DNA of 64,000 nucleotides from Scyliorhinus canicula (taxonomy: Eukaryota). The stretch spans positions 106,866,989 through 106,930,988 of the forward strand of contig NC_052149.1 in the NCBI RefSeq assembly GCF_902713615.1, given 5' to 3'. Both the position numbers and the translations under genes were made by a program. The first letter of the stretch is position 1. Every line of letters begins with the position of its first letter. The notes beneath the pieces were generated by a model. That model was given only the letters and a program-made list of their open reading frames with translations. It was not told where the DNA came from and searched no databases. Below, one piece after another: positions 51,026 through 63,944 of this stretch.

Positions 51026-51973
51026 GTCGGCATTCAAATATATTTCACATCTAAATTTGCAAGGGTTTCTTTTAAAAGCATCCTGTCCTAAATTATCTTT
51101 TTCTTTATGTTTCACTGGTGACCCCCTCTCGATTGACCAAATATTGCAGCATGTATTACTAACCTGATATCACTGTGTAGGTCGATCCCTGAAGTCTCAG
51201 TTTTATTTGTATTGCTGAGTTTAGAAGTGAACTGCCAGCCTGGGTGTGGGTGGTGGCCATCTTTGGCATTCACCACGTGGCATGTTTGCTCTGTGTGGGC
51301 ATGTGTTAAACTCGTGAATGTTTTTTGCAACACTGGTGGCATTGCCTACTGGATTGCTTGCACTTAGTTATTCTGTACTAGTAAGTAAAACATCCATCTG
51401 TGGGGTGAAAAACTGAGGTTGACTACCAACGCCAGTGTAGCTTGTTGTGGCTGAAATACTGCGGTGGGAGTGGGGAGAGGGGTCGACTTATATGCTGGGT
51501 ATCAGCAAAAACATGAGTGTTGCCTTCCTTATACAGTGGGTCAATGTAAACGCTGTGATCTGTGGTGAAGTATTTTACTTCTGACAGCATAGTGACCAAC
51601 TGAGGATAGCCAACCACCTTTCTGCTTCAAAACAGCAGCACAAAAGTTAGATTATTTATACAAGTAGATTTCTAAGATAATATACAGCCAAGTATAAAAT
51701 ATAAATGGGGACAGCATCATTAAATTAAAAAAAGGTGGAATACTACAACCAAACTTAAATGCTAGGTGATAAATGTCAAAGTTTTCATATGCTACCATTC
51801 CTTTGCATTTTCGATGGCCACTATGCCTGCCTCTTTAATAGTTTAACATGTGCAGTCAACATTTTTCTCTGCATTTATGCCCCCTCCATCCCACCCCGAG
51901 TTGAGTTGTCTCTATGTAGTGCTCCATGGTTTCTCTGTATTTGAAAAGGAGATATTTGAAAAGGAGAAAAGGA

Positions 51974-52300
51974 GGCAGCACGGTAGCATGGTGGTTAGCA
52001 TAAATGCTTCACAGCTCCAGGGTCCCAGGTTCGATTCCCGGCTGGGTCACTGTCTGTGCGGAGTCTGCACGTCCTCCCCGTGTGTGCGTGGGTTTCCTCC
52101 GGGTGCTCCGGTTTCCTCCCACAGTCCAAAGATGTGCGGGTTAGGTGGATTGGCCATGCTAAATTGCCCGTAGTGTCCTAAAAAAGTAAGGTTGGGGTGG
52201 GGGGGTTGTTGGGTTACGGGTATAGGGTGGGTTTGAGTAGGGTGATCATTGCTCGGCACAACATCGAGGGCTGAAGGGCCTGTTCTGTATAGCACAGTTC
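51974..52300 (+). mobile_element. Young HE1 SINE (left member of an inverted pair)
   Basis: Complete head to tail. Confidence 0.9.
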
Positions 52301-52429
52301 TCTTTACTCTGGTGTCAAAATAAAACATCTTAGCTTCTCTTTACTTTTACCTTCTCCGCCAGCTAGCATGGGCTTTGATAATCTCACATTTGCCCATGCC
52401 CTCAAGATCTGAATGCCCTCCTGAAATGG

Positions 52430-52793
52430 AACATAGAACATAGAACAGTACAGCACAGAACAGGCCCTTCGGCCCTCAATGTTGTGCCGAGCCATGATCA
52501 CCCTACTCAAACCCACGTATCCACCCTATACCCGTAACCCAACAACCCCCCCCTTGACCTTACCTTTATTAGGACACTACGGGCAATTTAGCATGGCCAA
52601 TCCACCTAACCTGCACATCTTTGGACTGTGGGAGGAAACCGGAGCACCCGGAGGAAACCCACGCACACAGGGGGAGGACGTGCAGACTCCACACAGACAG
52701 TGACCCAGCCGGGAATCGAACCTGGGACCCTGGAGCTGTGAAGCATTTATGCTAACCACCATGCTACCCTGCTGCCCCTGCTACCCTGCTGCC
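52430..52793 (-). mobile_element. Young HE1 SINE (right member of the inverted pair)
   Basis: Complete; terminal ctgctaccctgctgcc duplicated at 52778-52793. Confidence 0.9.
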
Positions 52794-53670
52794 AGGGTAT
52801 GTCACAGGAAAACCAGCACATGCCGACCAAAAAAGCCTGGGAGCTATTCCTTCATATACCTCGGTAGGCCACTCAAAATAGGTCACAAAAGTGTTGACTT
52901 GGAAGGATACCCAAAGAGCTTCATACCAGAAATACTTCATTGGCTGTAACCCAAGAAATGCTGTTAGCAATTTTGCAGACAGCAAGTTCCCACTGACCAC
53001 TTTGTGATAATTACCAGATAATCTGTTTTAGTAATGATGTTTGAGGCATACAGGGAAGAAGTCCACCGTTCTTCATCAAATAGCGCCGTGGAATCTTATA
53101 GTCAACCGAGCCAGCAGGTTGAAGTCTCATCTCTAACAGTGCGACATCTGCTCGGTACTGGACTCATTTGTCAGCCTAGATTTTCTGCTCAAGTAACTAA
53201 AGTCCACTGTCAGACTGCTACTTCTAGCAGCGTTGTCATGGTGCAGCAGTAATAGACGGGGCTGGAAGCAGAAAAGGCCAGAAGGCAAACAAGCTCACCA
53301 CTGCCTTCTTTCCTTTCTGGGGCAGTTTTATAACTGACCATTCTTGTACACTTCACTGCAATGGCTTTAGAACTACACGCTGGTAGTTTATATACACACT
53401 TGCACAAATTAATGCAGTTAGCTAATAAAGATAATCAAGATCATTTCTACAGTTATCTTAACCATTTATTAATAATGATAATAAATCTATAATGTGCTGC
53501 CCAATGCATCACTGCAGCAATAGATGACAGTTGATTTCATTAACACACTTGGCTTTTGGCAATTGTAATAGCAATTTAGGCACCAGTGCATTACATTGTC
53601 TAGTAAATGTTAAGGTCTTTTAATTGGGCATTTCCGCAGCAATTCCTGACAAATGCAATCAGTGATGAGA

Positions 53671-53986
53671 GGGCAGCACGGTAGCACAAATGGATAGCAC
53701 TGTGGCTTCACAGCGCCAGGGTCCCAGGTTCGATTCCCCACTGGGTCACTGTCTGTGCGGAGTCTGCACGTTCTCCCCGTGTCTGCGTGGGTTTCCTCTG
53801 GGTGCTCCGGTTTCCTCCCACAGTCCAAAGACGTGCAGGTTAGGTGGATTGGACATGCTAAGTTGCCCTCAGTGACTAAAAAGATCAGGAGGGGTTATTG
53901 GGATAGGGTGGACGTGAGGGCTTAACTGGGTCAGTGCAGACTCGATGGGTCGAATGGCCTCCTTCTGCACTCTCTGATCTATGTTC
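53671..53986 (+). mobile_element. HE1-type V-SINE
   Basis: Complete head, V-core and tail. Confidence 0.9.
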
Positions 53987-55639
53987 ATATTCCACCAGCC
54001 TTCACAATGTGTGGTTATTAAAGTAAACTCCATTTAAATGTTTGCAAGGGGCTTTGAAAAAAGCAATGAGCCCTAAACACATTTTGTCCTGTGGTGAGCC
54101 CACAAGTTTTGGAATATGATGCATACATTGCTAAACAATTCAACTATGACAATCTAATGAACAATTGAAGATAGCTAATTACCTTTCTTTTTAAGTACAC
54201 CAGCATGGAACTAATGCCACAACTTGACATCTTTGATGGCACACAGTCAGTTCTAAAAGTTAAATGAGAACAGCATCAGATTGGAGTCAAAACTAAATTA
54301 AACATCAAATGTGGAAGACTGTAATAAAGCTTAAAAACAGTCCCAGAACAATAAATGTCATAGGCTCTTTTTTTCTTCTGCCACGATTCCTTTCCTTTTT
54401 TCAGGCTGGGATTCTCCAGGGTTGCCCGCTAGTAGCAGGATTTGCGATGGCCCGGTGAATCCCGTGTCGGGCCAAATCCGGGATTCACGCCCACAGTGGG
54501 TTCCTACTCCACATTGGCGGGAACATACAAAGTGCCCATCAGCATTCATTTGAATGCTATTATCGGGTGAGAAGCCTAATTCAAGTACCGCCTGTGTTGC
54601 GCGCCCCCCCCAACCATATCCCGGCCCCAGACAGGGGTCACGTGATTTGGAACAAATATTTAAAAATGGGTTCCTGGTGCTATGGTCTCTGAGGGGGAGC
54701 AAGGAGGTAAGTGCCTTTCAGATTTTATTCAGGCTTGCTGAGGGCTGTTTGTCCAGTGACTTGGCGGTAGTGGGGATACATTTGGTGCCAAGAACACCTG
54801 ACTGGTAAAGCTGCTGTATGGTGTTGGTTTCATTGGAGTCTTCTAAGGTCTCGGGTTCCTGTAGCTTCCATACACCCCACCCACCTGGAAACCCTCATTG
54901 TTGTATCAGCACTCTGATCAAAGAGATAGGCACAGGTAACGTCTCATCTGAAAAATGGCCCCTTTGACAATGTGTCACCTGTACTGCAACTGGGCACAAT
55001 TCTCAGCCTAGAATTTACGCTCAAGTCTCCACAACCCACAAACATCTAACCTGGGGATGAGACTGCTGCCAGTGATGCTACCTCTGGCATTGCTGCCTTG
55101 GCACAATGCTAATGGGAAGGGCTGGAAGCAGTAAAAAACAGAAGGCAAATAGCTCACCACTGCCTTCTCTTCATAATATTGCTCCTGAAATGAGTTTTTT
55201 TACTGACCATTTTTATATCTGTTGAACTACACAAGTGGTTAAATACACGCCATAATGCAAAGTTCGCTGATAAGAAAAATCCAGGTTATTGGTACAATCA
55301 TCATTTTTCTGTGAGTGGTAATCAATGTATATATCTAAATCACAGAACTATAAGATATTTTTATTTATGTGTGTATGTCATTGTTGCAATAGATGTCAGT
55401 TCCATTCATTGATTTATTTTTGCTTTTGGCAATTGTAATAAAAACCGAGGCAGTATTGAGTGTCATCGTGTAGTAAATGGTAGGGCCTGCTAAGTGGACA
55501 TTTGCACAGGAGTACCTGTCAGATGAAATCAGTGATTGTGGCTTTCATAAGAGAAATATTGCACCAGACAACTGTGAGTGCTTTGTGCTCCTATCAAATC
55601 CTCTGCCAATTTTCTCTACTCTTGTTCATAGATATATCT

Positions 55640-56120
55640 GGAAAGCGTCTGAGGAGAGCCGCAAGCCCTACCCCTCAGCCTCATGCTTAAGGACAACTTG
55701 GATGATGAAATAGAAATGGGCAGCCTTGAAGAGGCTCACAGCGCTCATCCACACCCTCCACCAGTGCAGGTACGCACACCTATGAGGCATCTAGACGTGG
55801 GGCAGATGTGGGGGTCACAATCTGGTGAGCACAGCACAATCTGGCCCATGGCAGTCAGAGGCAGGCACATCCCAGATCGCTGGCACTCGGACGACCGCTG
55901 GAGCTCCCAATTCTGCTGAATTGAAGTCAGATGATGAGCCTCAGGATTCAGTCCAAACCTTGAAGTCCACTGCTGGAGTTGCAGTGGCAGTCAAAGGAGT
56001 ATCAGGAAGGGATGAAACGATGAAGCAGTCTGTCTGAGCTGATAATGCTGGAATGCCAAGACACTGAGATTAACACTAGCAGGTTGGCAGCTGCCATGGA
56101 GAGTTTGGTCCCGGACTGCT
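55640..56120 (+). mobile_element. Probable Harbinger ORF2 C-terminal remnant
   Basis: GSQSGEH / EAGTSQ...KSDDEP low-complexity segment resembling the shark Harbinger Myb-protein tail (pattern recall). Confidence 0.4.
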
Positions 56121-56229
56121 CCTGGGATCTAATCCATCAGATACCATAGTAGGCCACTAAATTTAGAACACAAAAAGGCTCTGTTTTCTTTAACACTTTG
56201 CGCAACTTGGAAGATTGCAGGACTGCTCA

Positions 56230-56352
56230 GGTATACGGTCATGACCTGAACCGCTAACTCTGCTTCTTTCTCCACAGATGCTGCCAGATCTGCTGAGTAT
56301 TTCCAGTATTTTCTGTTTTATTTCGGATTTCCAGCATTCGCAGTTTATTTTG
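56230..56352 (-). mobile_element. Penelope-associated short repeat
   Basis: ctccacagatgctgccagatctgctgagtatttccag...ttccagcattcgcagt; related piece at ~10140-10225. Confidence 0.55.
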
Positions 56353-57568
56353 CATTAATCGGTAACTACGAAATGTGTTCTAACTACAACAACAGAAATG
56401 AACAACAGAGAAAAGCCAATCACTGTTCCGCTTCAAAACAACAGCATGGAGATTGGATTGTGTCCACACATGACTTCCTAAGATCATATGAAGTCATATT
56501 CGCAGTTTATTGCTTTTTTAAGTTGATTGCACACTAATATAATTGTGCAATTAGATGCCTCGTCCATTCATTGACTTATTTTTGTTTTTGGCAATGATAA
56601 TAATGATCGTGGACTGAATATCATTTTCCAGGAGCATATGCTCCTCTGAATGAACATTTGCTCTTAAATGTCAGTTATGAAGGCTTCTACAAGTGAAACA
56701 TTCCATCAACATTTGTAAAGTTCAAGTATACTTTGTTTCCATGGCGAAGGCGAAGGCAACAGCCCTCCCGCCAACTGGAAAGTTGAGGGTGAGCCCATCA
56801 CTGCTGACCCTGGAAGCCACATAGTATGTGACATGTCTCATGGAATTAGTTGCCTTACCTGACGTTGTGCGCCCTGCCTCCTAGGGTTGCTGATCCGGTG
56901 TTGTAGATCTAGCAGTGCCCATTGCTGGGACTGCTGTGGTCCCAGACCAGGAGCAGCACTGGAAGCTGGAAGTAAAGATAAGCAAAGAGGAGTCGTCAGT
57001 CAGGTCCTGGAAAGGAGGTGATTGAGGGTGGGGCGATTGAGTCGTTGGAGTCGGGATGTGTTCCACAGGGAGGGGTGGCCCTTGCTGTTGTGTGCGACTG
57101 CCCATTGGACTTAAAATGTCTTGGACCACCCTGTTCCCAAACCGCTGGTACAATACGAACAGCGGCTGAAGAGACCCTTAAGAGGCTCTCAATTGACCTC
57201 AAATGGTCCAACTGAGGGCAAGATACCTGCCACCTATCCCACCTGCCATGGTAAAATACCAGTGGGGTCAATTAGAAGACAAGAACAAGCATCCCCTGCC
57301 AACTCATTCATTAGTACACTGTCACCTGCCTGCCAACCTACCCCAGTGGCGATGGATTGTAAAATTCTGGCCTATTTTTCCAAGGATCTTTACAAAAGTA
57401 ATGTTTTCTAGATCCATAAGACCATAAGACATAGGAGCAGAATTAGGCCACTCGGCCCATCGAGTCTGCTCCGTCATTCAATCATGGCTGATATTTTCTC
57501 ATCCCCATTCTTCTGCTTTCTCCCCATAACCCCTTATCCCCTTTGCCCTTTTGTGGCAGTGACTGTCT

Positions 57569-57885
57569 TGTTATGCTCTTGGCGTAGCATAAGCTGCTTT
57601 CTAGATGTTCACTCTGACAAAGGAAGGTTCAGACGTGGAGATAACTTCAACACGTTTATTGAACTATTTACAATTCTCCTACTCGGATTCGCCTCTCCTG
57701 TTAATCCTTCTATAGCTACTCAGACTGACGAACCAGTCTGCTACAATCCACGTGGTGGGTTTGATGTTGAATCAACCCTGGTTGAGTGCCTGTGTGTCAT
57801 GTCTCTAGTGCTCCCTCTAGTGTCTAGCTAGTCTACGTGCACTTACATTAACCCCTTGTGTATCTACAGTGATGCATATCACCAC
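57569..57885 (-). mobile_element. Solo LTR (Gypsy-like)
   Basis: Reverse strand gtggtgatatgcatcactgtag...gagcataaca with internal aataaa; no clear TSD. Confidence 0.55.
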
Positions 57886-58829
57886 GGTGACCTCGCAATA
57901 GTCTGGCTATTGCAGCATTAATCGGCAACTGTGAAATGTGTTCCAACTGCAACAGAAATGAACAACAGAGAAAAGCCAATCACTGTTTTGCTTCAAAACA
58001 ACAGCATGGACATTTGATTGTGTCTACACATGACATCCCAAGATGATATGCAGTCATACTTAAGATATAAATAAAACAAACGTCAGATTAAAGTCAAACC
58101 TAAATTAAACATGAAAGTTTGACTGCAGTCAAACTTAATATACTAGATTGACAGATTCCAACAGCAGACATCAGTTTCATTGCCTTTTCAGTGCCACATA
58201 GAAATATAGAAAATAGGAGCAGGAGGAGGCTATTCAGCCAGCCAAGCCTGTTCCGCCATTCATTATGATCATGGCTGGCCATCCAACTCAATAGCCTGAC
58301 TAAATCTTCCCCCCCCCTTCCCCCCAATATCCTTCTGAACTCCAGTGAATACAATCCTAACTGATTCAATCTCTCTTTGTACATCAGGCATCAATTTGGT
58401 AAACCTTCTTAGCACTTCCTCTGTTACAAGAAAATACTTCCTCAGATAATTCTACCCAACTCAAATTGATTTCAAAATACCTCCGGTCTCTTCACAGAAA
58501 ACGTGATTTACACTTCGAATGTGTTTGTTCTTCCTCTTCACTTCAAATAATGCTAACTTTCCTCACGATACTAACGGCTATTCAGAATGAGCCAAAACCA
58601 AGAGATGCTCTCTTGAACAAGTAAGGTCTACTCTGTTCGCAAAGACCTTGACTTATGATGACATGTAGGTGCACTGTTGTTGTCATTGATTATGTTTGTC
58701 ATCGCGGAAAGGGTTTCCATAGTTACAGAACTATGCTGTAACAATCGGAGCATTGTGAGGTCACTGGATTCATTGCTTTTAAAAGAAAACCCCTGTTAGA
58801 AAATAAACAAAGTCTGCTTGAACAATTAT

Positions 58830-59670
58830 GTTTTTTTTAATGTATTTATTCAAAGTTTTTCAATAAGTCTACTAAACACTCCAAAAAGGAAAATAATACA
58901 AAGAAAGGTGACATGCCACCAAAACAAAACAACTTAACCCTCTAAACGATAAACAGTTTAACAAATAAACACCCAACTCAAAACAGAATAGGGCATGCGC
59001 CCCTTACAAAAAGGAAAATAAATTAGCCCCCACCCCCCCCCACCCCGGGTTGCTGCTGCTGTTGACCTCCACCTAACGTTCCGTGAGAAAGTCAAGGAAC
59101 AGTTGCCACTGCCTGGAGAACCCCTGCAAGGACCCTCGCAAGGCAAACTTTATCTTCTCCAGCCTGTGAAACCCCGCCATGTCGTTGACCCAAGCCTCTA
59201 CGCTTGGGGGCTTCGCGCCCCTCCACATTAACAAGATCGTTCTCTGGGCTACCAAGGAGGCAAAGGCCAGGACTCCAGCCTCTTTCGACTCCTGCACTCC
59301 CGGATCATCCGATACCCCAAATATCGCTATCACCCAACTCGGTTTTACCTGAGTATCCAAGACCTTGGACATAACCTTTGCGAAGCCCTTTCAAAGCTCC
59401 GCAAGCGCTGGGCACACCCAGAACATATGGGCGTGGTTTGCTGGGCTCCCCGAACACCTCACACACCTGTCCTCCACCCCAAAAAACATACTCATCCTCG
59501 CCCCTGTCATATGCGCCCTGTGTACCACTTTAAACTGGATCAGGCTGAGCCTGGCACAAGATGAGGAGGAATTGATCCTGCCCAGGGTGTCAGCCCACAG
59601 GCCCTTATCCAGCTCCTTTTCCCACTTGCCCTTCAGCTCCACCACTGAGGCTTCCTCCACCTCCTGGTAG
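58830..59670 (-). mobile_element. 5'-truncated L1/Tx1 3' end
   Basis: KWEKELDKGLW..CARLSLIQFKVVHRAHMT..CVRC..PANHAHMFWVCP and AIFGVS..LAFASLVA..ILLMWR; A-rich tail toward 58830. Confidence 0.85.
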
Positions 59671-61029
59671 AACAATTATATGTTGTAAAGGCTGATGGAA
59701 GATTTCATTTGTGGAATACTTCATCACTGACAACATCAGGGGTGATTGTCAGACAGATAGGGGGATTGGTAAAATTGCTGTTTGCTGCACCTACCCATCT
59801 GTCCCCACATCACTGTTATTTTATCAGCAGTGGGGAAGGCGTGGAGAGACCCATGCATCCATAGGTAAATTGAGGCCCTAGCCTCCCCCATTACCATTCA
59901 GGTTTTATTTGTGGTGGGAGAATCCAAGTCATGTGTACAAATTTCATTTTCGGGCTGGTGGGCTGTCAAGAGGTAGGGTGCTGTTTACATGCCCCCTGTA
60001 TCCACTGGAGGTCCCTCCAAACATCTTCCCGCCCTCTCATTTCTCCATTCTTCTACCGTATCCATACCGGCCAGCACCTACTGCCCCCAACTCGCCACCC
60101 TCACTGGAGCCTGACGAGACCCCAGATATATCTTAAATTGTGCCTCATCACTGAATGCCCACTTCAGGACTGGCTGCAGTTCCACCAGTAGCCAATGCTC
60201 CTTTTAGAGCTCCTGGGATTACAGAGCAGCCAGCTGTTTGATTGGCTGGCAACCTTGGAGACGTGGCTTCCTCCCCTGATGGGGCCCACCACAAGCCAAC
60301 AGCAGTTAAATGGCCGTCAGGTGAGCTGGCCAAATAGGGACAGGCCTTTCCCCTGAATATTACCCTGAGGGGATGGGATGCTGCCTCCCTCCGCCACCCC
60401 CACCACCACCCCACATCCAGGGTCCCCGTAAAATCCAATCCCTCAATTTACTAGATGACAATGCTCAAAAGTATCAAGATTTTTGATAAAAACTTGAAAG
60501 ATGAATTACAGGAGTGAATGGAACCAAAATCTGTTGACACAATGATACGTGTATCGTTCAAATTCCCAGGAACAAAGGTTCAATTTGCATACAGTCTCAT
60601 TATAGCACAACTCCCATAACTCAGGGACCAATCTAATGAACTTTGCTGTAATTCAAGTATCTTATTCCTTAAATAGGGAGATTAAATTTGCATACAGTAT
60701 TCCAGATGTGGTCTCCCAAAGGCCCATACAATTGTAGCAAGACTTTATTCTTGTATACCAAATCCCCCTACAATTGCTAGCTGTTCTTCCACGCTCAGTC
60801 TTTGTGTTCCTTTGTCAGGGAGGCTTAGGTATGGTCGTACATTATGCCTTTTTAAAAATATTCTGTTTTTCAATTCTTATGACAAAAGTCCTGGGATTTC
60901 CTCATGTTCCTGAACATGAACCCCTTTGGTTCATGTTCAGCTGGAATGTGGCGACTAGGGAATGTTCACAGTAACGTCATTGCAGTGCTAATGTAAGCCT
61001 ACTTGTGACAATAAAGATTATTATTATTA

Positions 61030-61575
61030 TATATATTGACACATGCACACAGTATATATAGAGACATACGTACAAACACAAACACAAGCACATGCAGTAT
61101 ATTTAGACACACACTCTCTATACATATAGACACACAGACTTACACATAGTGTATATAACACAGACACACACTCAGGCACATACAGTATTTATATATATAT
61201 ATACACACAGTATATATAGACACAAACACACAGAGTATATATAAACACACATACACACACTGTGTAGAGGCACACATCCACACAGACAGATAAACACACA
61301 GCATTTATAGGCACACACAAACTCATACACATATATATATAGATACAGACACACACATGCAGTCGATATAGTCACAGTCTATATAGTCACTCAGACACGC
61401 ACACAATAGACACACATAGCACATGTTAACACACAAAGCACATGTAGACACAGACACAAAAACACACACAGCATATATAGACACACAAATATACAGTGTT
61501 TACAGACACACATACACGTACAGTATATATAGACATGCACACACATGTACAGTTTATATAGGCACACACACACCA
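61030..61575. repeat. Degenerate (AC/AT/AG) low-complexity minisatellite
   Basis: Repeated acacacacag/tatatatagac variants. Confidence 0.9.
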
Positions 61576-61589
61576 AAAACAGCAGCAAT

Positions 61590-62310
61590 GTCGACGTACG
61601 GCCGATCTATTGGTCTCGTCGCACCCGACTCAGTGACGCAACAAAGTCATCACATCTCGTGAGATCTAAAGAGATCTCGCAAGGCATTGCAATCTGGATC
61701 TCGCCCACAATGGGCAGGATCCAGAATTGTAGATTCAAGTGAGTAGTTAGTGTCATTTGAATCTGTCAACGTCAGAGTTACCCGAGGCGCTGGTTCTCAC
61801 AGCCTCGCCTTGGAGACCCCGCCACGGCACAGTTTGGCACTGGTTTCCACAAAGTCGACCAGGCGTAACGGGGGGGGTCGTCCTCCCAGGCGATTGTAGT
61901 CCCCTAGGTAGTGGGGCTCTGGACAGTGTTGGTATCTTGGCACTTCCGATGCATTTGTCACCCTGGCAGTGCCACCCTGGAACAGCCAGATTAGCCAGGT
62001 GGCACTGCCAGGCTGGCCTGGGCACTGCCAGGGTGTCAGGCTAACAGTGCCAAGGTGCCCAAGTGTCGGTGGTGCCCTGACCTTATGATGTGGGGTACGG
62101 GGAGTGAGGGGTTCCAGGACCTCTCATTGGAAAGTTGGGTCGTGGGGGGGGGTCCGGAGGATACGGTGGTGAGATCAATGATCGGGACACCATTTCTAAA
62201 TCTGATCTCTTCCTGCACTGGCGTGCTGAGCTCATTAGACTGCTTGGCAGTCACCATCGGCGGGACTGGAAGATCACACCGGCGGGAAAGGCCAGGAAAG
62301 TCGGTCTCAT
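61590..62310. mobile_element. GC-rich non-autonomous DNA transposon (related to 36243-36900)
   Basis: ctcgtgagatc, ggcagtgccaccctgg and ggcactgccagg blocks. Confidence 0.5.
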
Positions 62311-63209
62311 ATCTTTCAAAATATTAAAATGGCACTCAGCAATTAAATTTTGATTTGATTTATTGTCACATGTACTGAAGTACAGTGAAAGATATTTTTC
62401 TGCGGCTGAGGAACATACACAATACGTACATAGTAGACACAAGAATAATCAACAGACAACATGGACAAATGATACATCGACAGAACAATGAATGGTTACA
62501 GTGTGGAACAAGAGGCCAAACAAAGCAAATATTCCTCTCTTCACACACACACACCTATAATTGGCCATTCTGAACTCATGGCCACATTTCTTTGTATAAA
62601 CAAAAGTTATTTTAAGCTAAGTAATTATATCCCAATGTAAAAGGATTAGGTCATGAAAATAAACATTTAATTAAAAGGTCGTGTAAGAATTAATTCTTAT
62701 TTTTGTCATTCAGAATTAATAGTTAGACAGATCAAAAAACCTCCTTGCCAAATATAGAAAATCACATGAGAAATATATCAGATTTATAACTGCTGAGGCA
62801 TAATTCCTGTTTGTACTAATAAAAATGACCATACAATAACACGTGTGGGAGGAAACCTCTTAGAATTGCTGAATATCTGGGTTGTTCGATGTGTCTTGAG
62901 ATAATTAGAAGGGCTGTTTCCTTGGCTTAAAAAGCATTTGGCAGTACAATCCAGAATTCACACACCAAATAGCTCAGCCCCAACCACTCTGTACCATATT
63001 GCATTGTCACTGTACATGAATTCACTTTCCTGTCTGGCTGTACCTTGTGTCAACATGGGGAAGTGTTTGGAGCATGCTGTTCCCCAAGGTTACTCAGGGA
63101 GCAATGTTTCACCTTCCCAATGCTGGGGCAGGCTATCCTCAGCCGAGTCTTCATACTGGTTCAAAATCAAAAATCTGTAAATTATTTTTTTTGACTGGAT
63201 GCTAACGTT

Positions 63210-63944
63210 GGCCGGGATTCTCTCCTACCCGGTGGGGCGGGGGGTCACGGCGTAGTGGAGTGGCGCCAACCACTCTGGCGTCGGGCCTCCCCAATGGTGC
63301 GGAATTCTCCGCACCTTTAGGGGCTAGGCCTGCGCCGGAGTGGTTGGCACCAAACCGACTGGCGCCAAAACCGGCGGCAACGGCCTTTGACGCCCACCGC
63401 CCGGCGTCGGGGCTGGCCGAAAGACTGTCGCCAGATCGCGCATGCGCCGGGCGTCAGCGGCTGCTGACGTCACCACCGGCGCATGCGCGGTAGGGGGGTT
63501 CTCTTCCGCCTCCGCCATGCTGGAGGCCGTGGCAGTGGCGGAAGAAAAAGAGTGCCCCCACGGCACTGGCCCGCCCGCCGATCGGTGGGCCCCGATCGCG
63601 GGACAGGCCACCATGGGGGCACCCCCCGGGGTCCGATCGCCCCGCGCCCCCCCAGGATCCCGGGGGCCCGCTCGCGCCGCCAATCCCGCCGCCACCAGAG
63701 GTGGTTGAAACCATGTCGGCGGGATTGGCCTCTCAGTGGCGGGACTTCGGCCCATCGCGGGCCGGAGAATCGCTGCAGGGGGCACGCCGATCGGCGCGGG
63801 GGGCACACCAATCGGTGGGGCGCGATTCATGCTCCCGCCGATTACCAGGTGGCGGCGAATTCTGGCCACAGTGGGGGCGGGATTTACGCCAGCCCCCGGC
63901 GATTCTCCGACCCTGGGGGGAGGGGGGGTCGGAGAATTCCGCCT
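63210..63944. mobile_element. Full-length GC-rich MITE (735 bp) with 3-bp TSD GTT
   Basis: gtt|ggccgggattctc...ggagaattccgcct|gtt. Confidence 0.8.

Larger units (their letters stand above)
51590..58130. repeat. Degenerate tandem array of ~4 units interrupted by TEs
   Basis: Homologous non-TE blocks at ~51590/54160/56395/57955, ~51710/54270/58080, ~53260/55119 and ~53516/55387/56548. Confidence 0.7.

Noticed and set aside
61030-61575. Repeat-spacer-like or coding interpretation of the AC/AT tract
   Set aside because: Simple degenerate microsatellite; no constant repeat with unique spacers, and the DNA is eukaryotic, so no CRISPR array.
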